Of a stretch of DNA of 64,000 nucleotides, positions 26,711 to 35,241 are shown in pieces. Numbering within the stretch: position 1 is the first letter of the stretch; each line of letters starts with the position of its first letter. The stretch lies in the sequence record NC_061448.1; one strand, 5' to 3'. The position numbers and the translations under genes were made by a program. Under the pieces are notes generated by a model. It searched no databases. It was not told the DNA's origin and worked only from the letters and a program-made list of their open reading frames with translations.

Positions 26711-26761
26711 TCACTTATGGGGCCTCGTGCCCCATTTCTACTTTCTGCCTGAGATTCGACT

Positions 26762-27250
26762 ATGAAAAACCAATATCTGATTCTTCGCATGAGCGCCGCT
26801 GACCTGTACGACAAACAATTTCTGATGCGCGGCTTCAATCGCAAGCGTATCGAAAATGTCATCGGCGTTATCGCTGTCGTAGATAACTCTGATAACTTGT
26901 ATCACCTGATACGCATTAACGTTGACCTGTTGCAGTCAGACACGCAACAAAACTGGGCAAGACTTAGCTGGTCTAGCATCGACCGTGAGACTATCGACTT
27001 AGGCATGGAGCGTCTGCCTCCTGAACTCGCCAAGTCTATTCGTGCGATGCGCAACAATCGCATGTATCATACAATCGACACGACAATCCCTGTAGCGTTT
27101 CGTGATCGCCACACACAATTTGCATACACGCCAAGCGCTGTGCGCAAGATCGCTAACAGAGAAACGAAGTCACTCGACGACTTCACTGTAGAAGAAATCG
27201 TAGCGCACCTGAAACAACGTCTAGGCGCTGAGATTGAAATCAAGCTGTAA
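26762..27250 (+). CDS. hypothetical protein
   Basis: ORF track. Confidence 0.75.
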   Translation: MKNQYLILRMSAADLYDKQFLMRGFNRKRIENVIGVIAVVDNSDNLYHLIRINVDLLQSDTQQNWARLSWSSIDRETIDLGMERLPPELAKSIRAMRNNRMYHTIDTTIPVAFRDRHTQFAYTPSAVRKIANRETKSLDDFTVEEIVAHLKQRLGAEIEIKL

Positions 27251-27260
27251 GCACTAAACA

Positions 27261-27314
27261 GACTGCGGCGTTACGGCGCCGCTCATTATCACTTTAAAGA
27301 GAGACACGACTATG
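27261..27314 (+). repeat. leader element copy 2
   Basis: GACTGCGGCGTTACGGCGCCGC...AGAGAGACACGACTATG. Confidence 0.75.
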
Positions 27315-27890
27315 ACCGTAGTTGCATTCATCAAAACAAACGACACTACTCTGGCGACTGGCGAGATTCTGATTAAGCGTCCTCACTTCGAAGCGTTCTG
27401 CGAGTGTGAGATTGCTGTGCTGTACACTACAGGCAAAGAGCAGGGTAGCGCAAAAGCCTACGCACTGACTGACCTCATGTTGCACATTGTCGATAAAGAG
27501 CGCGTTAAGATCGTGTTCAAAGACAAGACGCCTATCGACGCGTCACTGATTCGTGAATATCAGTATGACGAGAAAGAAGATATGGCGATTGAAGCAGAGC
27601 AGCCTAAACTGCTGACCGACGTGCCTCGCTTCAACATCGTGTCTGACCTGAGCAGTGAATACAGTGTGACGCTGCCGTACGAAGCGCGTATGTGTATCGC
27701 TCAATACGTGTGTGGTCTGTTCAACACTGCGACGTTCAAACGTCGTATGACGCGCCTGAACTTTAAAGTCGTGTCTCTGATTACGCGAGGTCGACGTGAA
27801 GAAGGTATGCCTTACGCTATCTTCCGCCATCGCCTGAGTCAGCTTGCTACAATCTCTGACGGCAAGAACGCGATGCAAGTCTATCTGTAA
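27312..27890 (+). CDS. hypothetical protein
   Basis: ORF track. Confidence 0.75.
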   Translation: MTVVAFIKTNDTTLATGEILIKRPHFEAFCECEIAVLYTTGKEQGSAKAYALTDLMLHIVDKERVKIVFKDKTPIDASLIREYQYDEKEDMAIEAEQPKLLTDVPRFNIVSDLSSEYSVTLPYEARMCIAQYVCGLFNTATFKRRMTRLNFKVVSLITRGRREEGMPYAIFRHRLSQLATISDGKNAMQVYL

Positions 27891-27938
27891 ACAACCAACG
27901 CCCTGCATATCGCGGGGCTTTTCTGTTTGGAGAATGCT

Positions 27939-28199
27939 ATGATTCATTATACCCGTGACGAACTCGAAGAAATGGATGTGGTCGAGCTTGACCAGATCGC
28001 TAGTGACCGTGGTCTGCTTGATGACTTCGACGAAGAAGACGATCAAGACGAACACATGCTGGTGGGTTTGATTCTTGACGACCAGAACGAGCAACGCATG
28101 GCAGAAGAAGACGCTGCCGACAAACAACGCGCCGAAGATGATCGCGACCCGCGTATCAATCGTCGTGAAGATCAAGACGGCTCGGATGACTACTGCTAA
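27939..28199 (+). CDS. acidic protein with Rho-N/HeH-like motif
   Basis: GGAG RBS; LEEMDVVELDQIASDRGL. Confidence 0.7.
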   Translation: MIHYTRDELEEMDVVELDQIASDRGLLDDFDEEDDQDEHMLVGLILDDQNEQRMAEEDAADKQRAEDDRDPRINRREDQDGSDDYC

Positions 28200-28417
28200 T
28201 GACACCTACTGAACTCAATGAATATCTGCATCTGGTACTGACGCCTGTTGCTATGGCATGGCGTGAGCAGTTCCCCAAGAAGAAGCAGGTGATGGCGTCT
28301 GTTAAGACAGCGTACTCCTGTCGAATCAAATTCGTCGAAGACCGTGACGTTGAAAAACAGTGGCAAGCATTCTGCCGCACACACGGTCTCAAAAACGAAG
28401 AGACTCTCGAAATCTAA
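28199..28417 (+). CDS. hypothetical protein
   Basis: TAATG coupling. Confidence 0.7.
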   Translation: MTPTELNEYLHLVLTPVAMAWREQFPKKKQVMASVKTAYSCRIKFVEDRDVEKQWQAFCRTHGLKNEETLEI

Positions 28418-28420
28418 ATC

Positions 28421-28451
28421 AAAGGGCTGCCATTGCTGGTGGCCCTTTTTT
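28421..28451 (+). terminator. intrinsic terminator
   Basis: AAAGGGCTGCCA-TTGC-TGGTGGCCCTTTTTT. Confidence 0.85.
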
Positions 28452-28456
28452 CATTT

Positions 28457-28465
28457 CTGTAAATA
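28457..28465 (+). promoter_or_regulatory. CTGTAAATA putative phage-sigma promoter
   Basis: Directly after a terminator, 32 nt before ATG 28498. Confidence 0.55.
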
Positions 28466-28497
28466 TCACGCACACAAACAACAATGCGAGATATACA

Positions 28498-28866
28498 ATG
28501 CGCCGCTTCGTTATCGTCTTCAACGTCAGTCAGGCAGAGCTTGATGACCGTCGCTTCTTTCAATCTAAATTCAATATCGTTTCGTCACTGCGCCGCGCTC
28601 GCTGTGTCTTTCTCGTCGTTCGTGAAACCAAGCAGGTGCTGTGTGTTTCAGAACTGACCTATCAACCTAGCGTAGAGCCGGGTATTCGTCAGGTAGACTT
28701 CGATGTACCGCGTGACGTAACAGCATACGTGCTGCCATTCGCTGAACTCACCGCAGCGATGATCAACAACTCACAAGACCAAAGCATTCGCTACTTCGGG
28801 CGTCAGCTTGAAATGGATGCAGACCAGCTCAAGCGCTTTCACACTCAACTGGAGATTATTTCATGA
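28498..28866 (+). CDS. hypothetical protein
   Basis: ATG after promoter motif. Confidence 0.65.
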   Translation: MRRFVIVFNVSQAELDDRRFFQSKFNIVSSLRRARCVFLVVRETKQVLCVSELTYQPSVEPGIRQVDFDVPRDVTAYVLPFAELTAAMINNSQDQSIRYFGRQLEMDADQLKRFHTQLEIIS

Positions 28867-29108
28867 CACGCCCTACACTCGGCACCTCTCTGGGTGCTCG
28901 CTTCGCTGTTACCTCGAAAGAGAATATCGAACGCCGCAAGAAAACAAACCCGCGTCGCAGCACGTTAAGCGCAGCAACAACCAAAGAGTTGCATGAAGCT
29001 GTGAACGCTCTGGCAATCAAACTCAAGACCACACGTTCAGGCGCTATCGAACGAGCGGTGGCCGAACTGTGTGACAAGCATGGCATTGACTACGGGACGC
29101 TTGAATGA
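28863..29108 (+). CDS. ribbon-helix-helix (CopG/Arc-like) DNA-binding protein
   Basis: RSTLSAAT-TKELHEAVNALAIKL-KTTRSGAIERAV strand-helix-helix pattern. Confidence 0.65.
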   Translation: MTRPTLGTSLGARFAVTSKENIERRKKTNPRRSTLSAATTKELHEAVNALAIKLKTTRSGAIERAVAELCDKHGIDYGTLE

Positions 29109-29467
29109 CCGACACGCATATCTACTGCAAGCTGTATGGTGTGCAGCATCGCCTGAGAATCACTGCCTACAACTTCATGAAGCAGCCTAACATGATCACT
29201 GTCGATTCGTCTGACGTACTCAAGATGATTCCTCGCGTGAATGTAGGTGCAGCATACGACACGTACACGCCTTTCAATGTGCTGAAAGCGGGTAAGGCAG
29301 ACTTCAAGATCCGCCTGATGGAAAGAACAGACGCTAACGTATGGCGCTACGTGTTCGAAGACTATCGTGGGCAGATGTTCGAAACGTATTTAGTTCGGAG
29401 ACACTATGAAACGCCTCGGGATTGTAACGGTGTTGTCATTAAAGGACAAACAACCAAAGTCATGTGA
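29105..29467 (+). CDS. hypothetical protein
   Basis: ATGA overlap. Confidence 0.7.
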   Translation: MTDTHIYCKLYGVQHRLRITAYNFMKQPNMITVDSSDVLKMIPRVNVGAAYDTYTPFNVLKAGKADFKIRLMERTDANVWRYVFEDYRGQMFETYLVRRHYETPRDCNGVVIKGQTTKVM

Positions 29468-30041
29468 CTTAGATATTACGCCTGTGTCGAAAGACGAAGA
29501 ATGGGGCTCGCTGAGTCCCTTTCATTTAGGACCGTGTCGCACACCAGACGGCACGATGTTCCTCAACATGGAGAACCTGTGGCAGTACAGCAAGGTCTAC
29601 GAAGAACATCTCATTAACTCGAATGACCTGTTCCACGGTGAGATCTCCTCAGACTGGTGGGCGTGGCATTTAAAAGGCAGCACAACAAAACAGGCGCATC
29701 GCTATCCTATGGGGAAAGGCCAGAAGGCTTTGTTCTCCCGATGGGGCGACTTGCGCCTTTCGTACATTCCCGCACGAAAACAAATCTACGTGCCTGAGTA
29801 TGCGAAGCTGGTGGTGCAGCAACCGAAGTTCAAGCGCCTGCTCAAGGAATACAAGAAAGGTGCGCACATCGTTTTGCGTGACTATGACACCTACGATATT
29901 CAACGCGCCTATCCTGACTCGCGCAGTCCGTGGCTATCAGCCATTCAAAATGACAATGCCAAATTCGGACACGCGTTCGTTATCGCATTGGCCCTGCTGT
30001 TTCACGAACGACCACTCTGGTACAATCAATGGACAATCTAA
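29406..30041 (+). CDS. DUF6939/NADAR-like protein
   Basis: WGSLSPF...NMENLWQYSKVY...ARKQIYVPEY; GGAG RBS inside the upstream gene. Confidence 0.5.
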   Translation: MKRLGIVTVLSLKDKQPKSCDLDITPVSKDEEWGSLSPFHLGPCRTPDGTMFLNMENLWQYSKVYEEHLINSNDLFHGEISSDWWAWHLKGSTTKQAHRYPMGKGQKALFSRWGDLRLSYIPARKQIYVPEYAKLVVQQPKFKRLLKEYKKGAHIVLRDYDTYDIQRAYPDSRSPWLSAIQNDNAKFGHAFVIALALLFHERPLWYNQWTI

Positions 30042-30349
30042 ACGAGAAAGCATACTGGCGATTCGACATAGACAAACGTGCGGGCAATATCAATCTGCCG
30101 CATCTCCCTGCTGATTACACTGTGGTGCTCAAAGACAACCTAACGTTACAGCGTACTACAGTGAAGATTGATGGTCTGACTATCGTGTCTTCTCAAGGGA
30201 AGACGTGTGGCAGCCTACAGTTTATCACAGGTGCAAACATGCTTATTTGGTCGTCGTTTGAGGCATTCAGATTCACGCTGATCGTAGACGAAGTGAAGCG
30301 CTACAGACTGAGCGCTATCGACCGTCAATCTGCTGAACTCTGCAAATAA
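30029..30349 (+). CDS. hypothetical protein
   Basis: ORF track; stop lies inside the P3 box. Confidence 0.65.
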   Translation: MDNLNEKAYWRFDIDKRAGNINLPHLPADYTVVLKDNLTLQRTTVKIDGLTIVSSQGKTCGSLQFITGANMLIWSSFEAFRFTLIVDEVKRYRLSAIDRQSAELCK

Positions 30350-30395
30350 CTGGACAAAATAGCTCTTTCATTCAGTAGTCGACCTATGATATAAT
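30342..30395 (+). promoter_or_regulatory. early promoter P3
   Basis: GCAAATAACTGGACA, 33 bp, TGaTATAAT. Confidence 0.85.
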
Positions 30396-30423
30396 AAACG
30401 TGAGCGCAGTGCTCATACAACAC

Positions 30424-30437
30424 AAGCTGAGGAGCTT
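30424..30437 (+). promoter_or_regulatory. SD-in-loop hairpin AAGCT-GAGG-AGCTT
   Basis: Perfect 5-bp stem. Confidence 0.7.
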
Positions 30438-30440
30438 ACT

Positions 30441-30899
30441 ATGACTACTTATAACATCTCTGATCTCAAAACCCCAGAATCTTTCGTAAACGCGCAGTTC
30501 GGCCATCTGGAAGATCTTCTCGAAAAACTGCGTAACGCTCTGGGTCGTGATGACCTGTCATTGCAGTTAGATGCGGACGGGGAAAACATTCAGGACGTTA
30601 ACACTTCCCCCGACGCTCTTGTGGGAAAAAGCCTGATTCAAATTCTCGTCACACTTCACGGGTCAGACGTAGATGAAGACGACGATGGTGGTCAGGCAGT
30701 TTCTTCTCGTGATGCTTGGTACGCTGCCTTGGGTTTCCCTCACGTAGAAAATGAATGGGGCGAGTGGACGAACTCATTCACGATGTGGGTAGAAGCAGCC
30801 GACGGGGATATGCTTGAAGAAATCTCCGTAGAGAATGGAAACCCAAAAATGATTGAACAACTAGTAGAGCGTATCAACTACTGGTTCCCTGCTGTTTAA
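30441..30899 (+). CDS. acidic early protein
   Basis: First gene after P3. Confidence 0.8.
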   Translation: MTTYNISDLKTPESFVNAQFGHLEDLLEKLRNALGRDDLSLQLDADGENIQDVNTSPDALVGKSLIQILVTLHGSDVDEDDDGGQAVSSRDAWYAALGFPHVENEWGEWTNSFTMWVEAADGDMLEEISVENGNPKMIEQLVERINYWFPAV

Positions 30900-30901
30900 G
30901 T

Positions 30902-30965
30902 GATTTGTGTAGAGCATTCGCTGAGTGCTCTATGAAAATCCAAACAACCTAAGCTGAGGAGCTTA
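30902..30965 (+). promoter_or_regulatory. intergenic long hairpin + AAACAACC + SD-in-loop hairpin TAAGCT-GAGG-AGCTTA
   Basis: Homologous to 31286-31348 with covarying stems. Confidence 0.7.
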
Positions 30966-30967
30966 AC

Positions 30968-31285
30968 ATGTCATCTTCTACTACTCTGACTTTCATCTTC
31001 CCCGAACTGACCACTCTGGAAGTTTCTATCGGTAACGGCGTTGTGCCTAGCTATCTGGGTATCGCCGAAAACAGAGACAAGACGTTCAGCGATATTAAAG
31101 CGCTGCGTCTGATGCAAGACTCAAACGTTGTGGGCGTAATGAGCCGCTTCGATCAGTCACTGTTGAACATGCTGATCTCTCGACACGAAACGCATGAGCA
31201 TATTCGTTGTCAGGACTGTGTGCAGAATGGCAGTGAGTATTTCCCGTCTACTTGCCTGTATCTGCGAGTGGCGCATCACCGCTAA
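30968..31285 (+). CDS. hypothetical protein
   Basis: GAGGAG RBS. Confidence 0.75.
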   Translation: MSSSTTLTFIFPELTTLEVSIGNGVVPSYLGIAENRDKTFSDIKALRLMQDSNVVGVMSRFDQSLLNMLISRHETHEHIRCQDCVQNGSEYFPSTCLYLRVAHHR

Positions 31286-31348
31286 GATTTGTGAAGGGCA
31301 TTTGCGAGTGCCCTTTGAAAATCAAACAACCCTGTTCTGAGGAGAACA
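31286..31348 (+). promoter_or_regulatory. intergenic long hairpin + AAACAACC + SD-in-loop hairpin TGTTCT-GAGG-AGAACA
   Basis: Same architecture as 30902-30965. Confidence 0.7.
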
Positions 31349-31350
31349 AA

Positions 31351-31707
31351 ATGACTTCTACTGAGATGCCTCGTGATGCCCGTGCTTTTGATGATCTTGA
31401 TGCTAACGGGTTTTTACGTATTACTAATTGCCTGGGTATCATGCTGTCTCGTGGCGACTTGGAGCTTCTGACCAATATCAGTGATCGCACTGTCACTGTT
31501 AAGTATCGCACAGGCGCAGTGAACAAATTCGGACACGGCCACGTTGTTCTGCGTTTCCCGTCAGAAGTTCTTCAATCGGATATTCTCGAAGACTTCGAAG
31601 TGACCGTCGATAAAGATATTGTGATTCTTATCGAACGCCAGTACAGTTCAGCCGCAACGTTCCAGCGCATTGCTGGTGTGATTGAAGGTCTGATGTACAA
31701 ACTGTGA
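31351..31707 (+). CDS. hypothetical protein
   Basis: GAGGAG RBS before ATG 31351. Confidence 0.75.
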   Translation: MTSTEMPRDARAFDDLDANGFLRITNCLGIMLSRGDLELLTNISDRTVTVKYRTGAVNKFGHGHVVLRFPSEVLQSDILEDFEVTVDKDIVILIERQYSSAATFQRIAGVIEGLMYKL

Positions 31708-31769
31708 TTGTTGCTCGCAGGTTCTTACGAGAGCCTGCTGTCAACATAACCCATAAGCTGAGGAGCTTA
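31708..31769 (+). promoter_or_regulatory. intergenic hairpin + SD-in-loop hairpin TAAGCT-GAGG-AGCTTA
   Basis: TGTTG/CAACA and GCAGG/CCTGC stems; third module of the series. Confidence 0.6.
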
Positions 31770-31771
31770 AC

Positions 31772-32176
31772 ATGAAACAATATCCGCAACGTGGCCGTGT
31801 GTATACGCTGAAAGAAATCGAGAACGAACTCGAACTGCGAGACAGCCCATTCTTAGGCTTCACCCCGCAGAAAGTTCGTTACGTCGGACTCACTGCGACC
31901 GAGCAAGTGGTTCAGCAATCTCACATTGCTGATCTGTCCGAGCTTGAAGGCTGGGCAGATACAGAGTGGACGTATCTGTATGAGACAGACGAATGGATTC
32001 CAATCTTCCGTGCTGTTGATAACGCAGCAATCGAAGCGCTGTGTGTCATTGAACCTGACACGTATGAACATCGTTCTGATACAACGATGTTCGTCTACCC
32101 TAAAGGCACTGTGTGCAAGCAGTATCAGGGTTACGATGAAACCGTTCACGGCGATCTGCTGGAGCGCGACGAATAA
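31772..32176 (+). CDS. hypothetical protein
   Basis: GAGGAG RBS. Confidence 0.75.
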   Translation: MKQYPQRGRVYTLKEIENELELRDSPFLGFTPQKVRYVGLTATEQVVQQSHIADLSELEGWADTEWTYLYETDEWIPIFRAVDNAAIEALCVIEPDTYEHRSDTTMFVYPKGTVCKQYQGYDETVHGDLLERDE

Positions 32177-32182
32177 TAACTA

Positions 32183-32208
32183 GGGATGCTCACGCTGGTG
32201 GGTGTCCC
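32183..32208 (+). terminator. hairpin, possible terminator or processing site
   Basis: GGGATGCTCAC-GCTG-GTGGGTGTCCC. Confidence 0.45.
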
Positions 32209-32232
32209 ATCTTACATTTAAGGGGAAAATCA

Positions 32233-32772
32233 ATGTTAGACCAAATCACTCATATCGTACACACAATGATGACCAGCCTGAAAGACGTTCGCGCTGTTCA
32301 AGAGATTCACTTCATCGGTAACATGGCGGTACGCTTCCGCCTAGACAACAAAGTGTTTGACGTTCGTGGTCACTACCCTCTGTTCTCTGTTCACGAAATC
32401 GAAGGCGCTTGCATGAGCGGTTCGAAAGCTGCCTACGAGATTGAACGTCAACTCAATGGCGGACCGATAGCTGTTCAGGGTGAAGAAGACTTCGCGCATG
32501 ACTCGCACGAAGAAGCAGTCAACGACCTGCTGTGTGCTCACGTTGATAGCATGTCAGAAGAACATGTCCGCGCATACAACGAAGAATGTGGCGGGCCTGA
32601 CTTGGACCCAATCAACGCACAACGCGTTTGGTTGAAGACACACTTGATTCACCGCAGTGCGGAGCTATCTCGCATGTTTGAAGAAGTGTTGTTCATGGAA
32701 GGTAAAGAGCGTTACGAGCAACTGCGTAAAGAAATCAAAGCTGTCTACGACAATAAATCCAAAGTAGCCTAA
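32233..32772 (+). CDS. hypothetical protein
   Basis: AAGGGG RBS. Confidence 0.75.
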   Translation: MLDQITHIVHTMMTSLKDVRAVQEIHFIGNMAVRFRLDNKVFDVRGHYPLFSVHEIEGACMSGSKAAYEIERQLNGGPIAVQGEEDFAHDSHEEAVNDLLCAHVDSMSEEHVRAYNEECGGPDLDPINAQRVWLKTHLIHRSAELSRMFEEVLFMEGKERYEQLRKEIKAVYDNKSKVA

Positions 32773-32784
32773 GAGGAAATACAA

Positions 32785-33225
32785 ATGAGCGAAATAGATA
32801 TTCTGATCCGTGAGTTCGAACGGGCGTATCTCAAGTCACTGGCATCACCTTGGGGTAACGTTGCGTACCACGTTCAAGACCGTAACCCTGAGTTGAAGAA
32901 CATTCGCCTGTACTTGCGCTTTCGCACTCAATTCCAGTGTCTCTGGAATCGTCCTGTTCTCGTGCTCGCTACCATCGACGTAACGAACCCAGGCAAAGGC
33001 GAGTTCTCAAAGTTACTCGCACGTACAAAAGATATGTGCAGACAACGCGACTGGATTCTTCAAGTCGAAAACGTTCTCACACCGAAGTTCAGAAAGTTTC
33101 TACAGCGCGGTGGATTCAAGCCTTTTGGCAATGACGCCGACGTACCATTCGGCAGTCTCTACTGGTTCCACGACGAGACAATCCCAACTGAATGCGCGAT
33201 GTACCGGCAGGAGCGTGTGGTATGA
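32785..33225 (+). CDS. possible GNAT-fold protein
   Basis: IDVTNPGKGEFSKLL...VENV...FLQRGGF resembles GNAT motifs A/B. Confidence 0.4.
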   Translation: MSEIDILIREFERAYLKSLASPWGNVAYHVQDRNPELKNIRLYLRFRTQFQCLWNRPVLVLATIDVTNPGKGEFSKLLARTKDMCRQRDWILQVENVLTPKFRKFLQRGGFKPFGNDADVPFGSLYWFHDETIPTECAMYRQERVV

Positions 33226-33662
33226 CAATATACTGGCCGACAATTCTGTTCTGTCTGACGCCGTTGATTGCATGTTACGCAACTATCCCGTGGTTCCGCG
33301 CAGCCGTAGACAGACGCCTGATGTTCAAGTCTCTGGACTACGATGCACTCACTGAGATATTCGCTGACGGTATGCCCGAGCGTATGCGCATCGAATGTCT
33401 GCAAGCGAAGTACACGGCGTATCAGACAAATCACACTCACGTGGACATCTTCCCGCACAAGCAAGGCGTAGCAGCGATTCGCTTTCGTGTCGATGAAGAA
33501 TTTCCTATTGCGAGTATCTTTCACAAAGTGCTGGTGGCTAACTACAATGTGCTCGGCCTTAAATCAAAGAAAGCGCCGACAATAAGCATTAACCAGTCTG
33601 TGTATCGTGTACTCAACTTTGAGTATGACGATCAATACCTGTTGGTCTACGTTAAGCATTAA
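33222..33662 (+). CDS. hypothetical protein with N-terminal membrane anchor
   Basis: WPTILFCLTPLIACYATIPWF hydrophobic stretch. Confidence 0.65.
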   Translation: MTIYWPTILFCLTPLIACYATIPWFRAAVDRRLMFKSLDYDALTEIFADGMPERMRIECLQAKYTAYQTNHTHVDIFPHKQGVAAIRFRVDEEFPIASIFHKVLVANYNVLGLKSKKAPTISINQSVYRVLNFEYDDQYLLVYVKH

Positions 33663-33671
33663 GGGAATATC

Positions 33672-33971
33672 ATGGTCACCCAACAACAACTCAAAGAGTT
33701 TTCTGCATTGCCCTCTTTAGACAGGAAAGTGTTTCTGCGCAGTATGCAAGTAGAAATGTTGGGTGCCCTCCCCGAAGTCGAAGCGATTGTCCGCGAGATG
33801 TTGTGTCGCGCTATCGTGGTAGACGTAGCACAAGCGGAGATGGCGCTCCTTGCAGCACGTCAAATGTGTAGTGACAAGGACGTAAAGAAAGCCATTGACG
33901 ATTTACTGATGTTCGCGGCTCGTATTCACGACGTAGCCACTGATGTACTTATTCTTGGAGATATAGCATGA
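33672..33971 (+). CDS. hypothetical protein
   Basis: AAGGGA RBS. Confidence 0.7.
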   Translation: MVTQQQLKEFSALPSLDRKVFLRSMQVEMLGALPEVEAIVREMLCRAIVVDVAQAEMALLAARQMCSDKDVKKAIDDLLMFAARIHDVATDVLILGDIA

Positions 33972-35038
33972 ACACAATTTCTGGTGCAATGATCGATGAA
34001 GACGTTCTGGACTGGCTCGACAACTTTAGCTCGCACGACCAGCGTAAAATCGCTGACACAATCAACGCGATTGCCTATTCCCACCGCACCGAGCTGTCTA
34101 TCCCTAACATGCTGCATGATGAAGACATTGCCGCATTGTCTCACGATGACCTGTTCAAGATCTTAACGCTGGCCGCACCTAACGAGCAGTATGATCTCAC
34201 GCTGTCTAACGTTCAATTGCTTGGTCTTGCAATGAGCGCTATGGGTATCATCGAATACAATCTGCCTGCACTTAATAGCCCGATCATGATTCGTCGTGAG
34301 TTTGCTGATATGCGTCGCAAGAACATCATCGCAGGTTACAGCACACGCGACAAGATCATTGCAGCACTGAATGAATGGATCTGCGGTCTGCGTGATATTG
34401 ACCTGTCTCACTGTGGTACCGACGAAGCTCCTGAGCAAGCTGGCATGTATCTGTGTCTCGATGAACACAAACAAGTTCGTTACGGGCGTCTGTTCCCTAA
34501 CAGCAGCGAGGGCTGGACGTTCTGTGAATCGTACGGTGATGGCGGTGGTTCGACTAACTGGTATGATCGTAAAACAGAGCACACCAAAGAAGATGACCTG
34601 CCTATGACGTTGCTTACTAACTGGGTGCTGATTGCAGAGTGGTACAGCCCGAACGTTATGGCAGCGCAGAAAGCAATTCCGTTAGGTGCTGTGAGTGATA
34701 CGCATCGCATCTTTATGTTCCTGCGTAGTCTTAGCCCGCATGTGAAAGCAGAGCTGGTGGCACACTTTGGCGGTACGCTTGACTACAAGAACCCTACGTC
34801 TGTAGATGCTCTTGGCCGTCTGACTGACCACGACTGGACAATGGCAGCAATAGCGCTTGCTGACGATAAGAAGCTGACCGAAGAAACTCCTACGTGGCAG
34901 AAAGCAAGCACGTGGGTTTGTTTCGTTGCTGTGCTTGAGTCGCTGGGATTCAACTTCCAGACGCGTCAGTTCGATCCGCAGTTCGACTATCAAGCGAACG
35001 ACGACACTATGGACGATGACGAAGAAGAACACGAATGA
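33968..35038 (+). CDS. multidomain hypothetical protein
   Basis: 356 aa; GGAG RBS. Confidence 0.8.
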   Translation: MNTISGAMIDEDVLDWLDNFSSHDQRKIADTINAIAYSHRTELSIPNMLHDEDIAALSHDDLFKILTLAAPNEQYDLTLSNVQLLGLAMSAMGIIEYNLPALNSPIMIRREFADMRRKNIIAGYSTRDKIIAALNEWICGLRDIDLSHCGTDEAPEQAGMYLCLDEHKQVRYGRLFPNSSEGWTFCESYGDGGGSTNWYDRKTEHTKEDDLPMTLLTNWVLIAEWYSPNVMAAQKAIPLGAVSDTHRIFMFLRSLSPHVKAELVAHFGGTLDYKNPTSVDALGRLTDHDWTMAAIALADDKKLTEETPTWQKASTWVCFVAVLESLGFNFQTRQFDPQFDYQANDDTMDDDEEEHE

Positions 35039-35241
35039 ATAGAAAAATGATCGCTTGGCTTTCGCTGGTGGTCTTCTGCGTGGTGGGAGTCGTTACTTCC
35101 ACCGTAGCATTGAATGACTATAACCTGCTATTGAGCTTGATACTAACAGTCGTGTTTGGTGCCGGGCTTATCATCTGTATGCGTTGTCTTGAAAGAGCAA
35201 CGTGGGACTACTGCGTTAAGAAGGGGAAGAAGAATGGCTAA
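35035..35241 (+). CDS. small two-TM membrane protein
   Basis: Two hydrophobic helices and a basic C-terminus. Confidence 0.65.
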   Translation: MNRKMIAWLSLVVFCVVGVVTSTVALNDYNLLLSLILTVVFGAGLIICMRCLERATWDYCVKKGKKNG

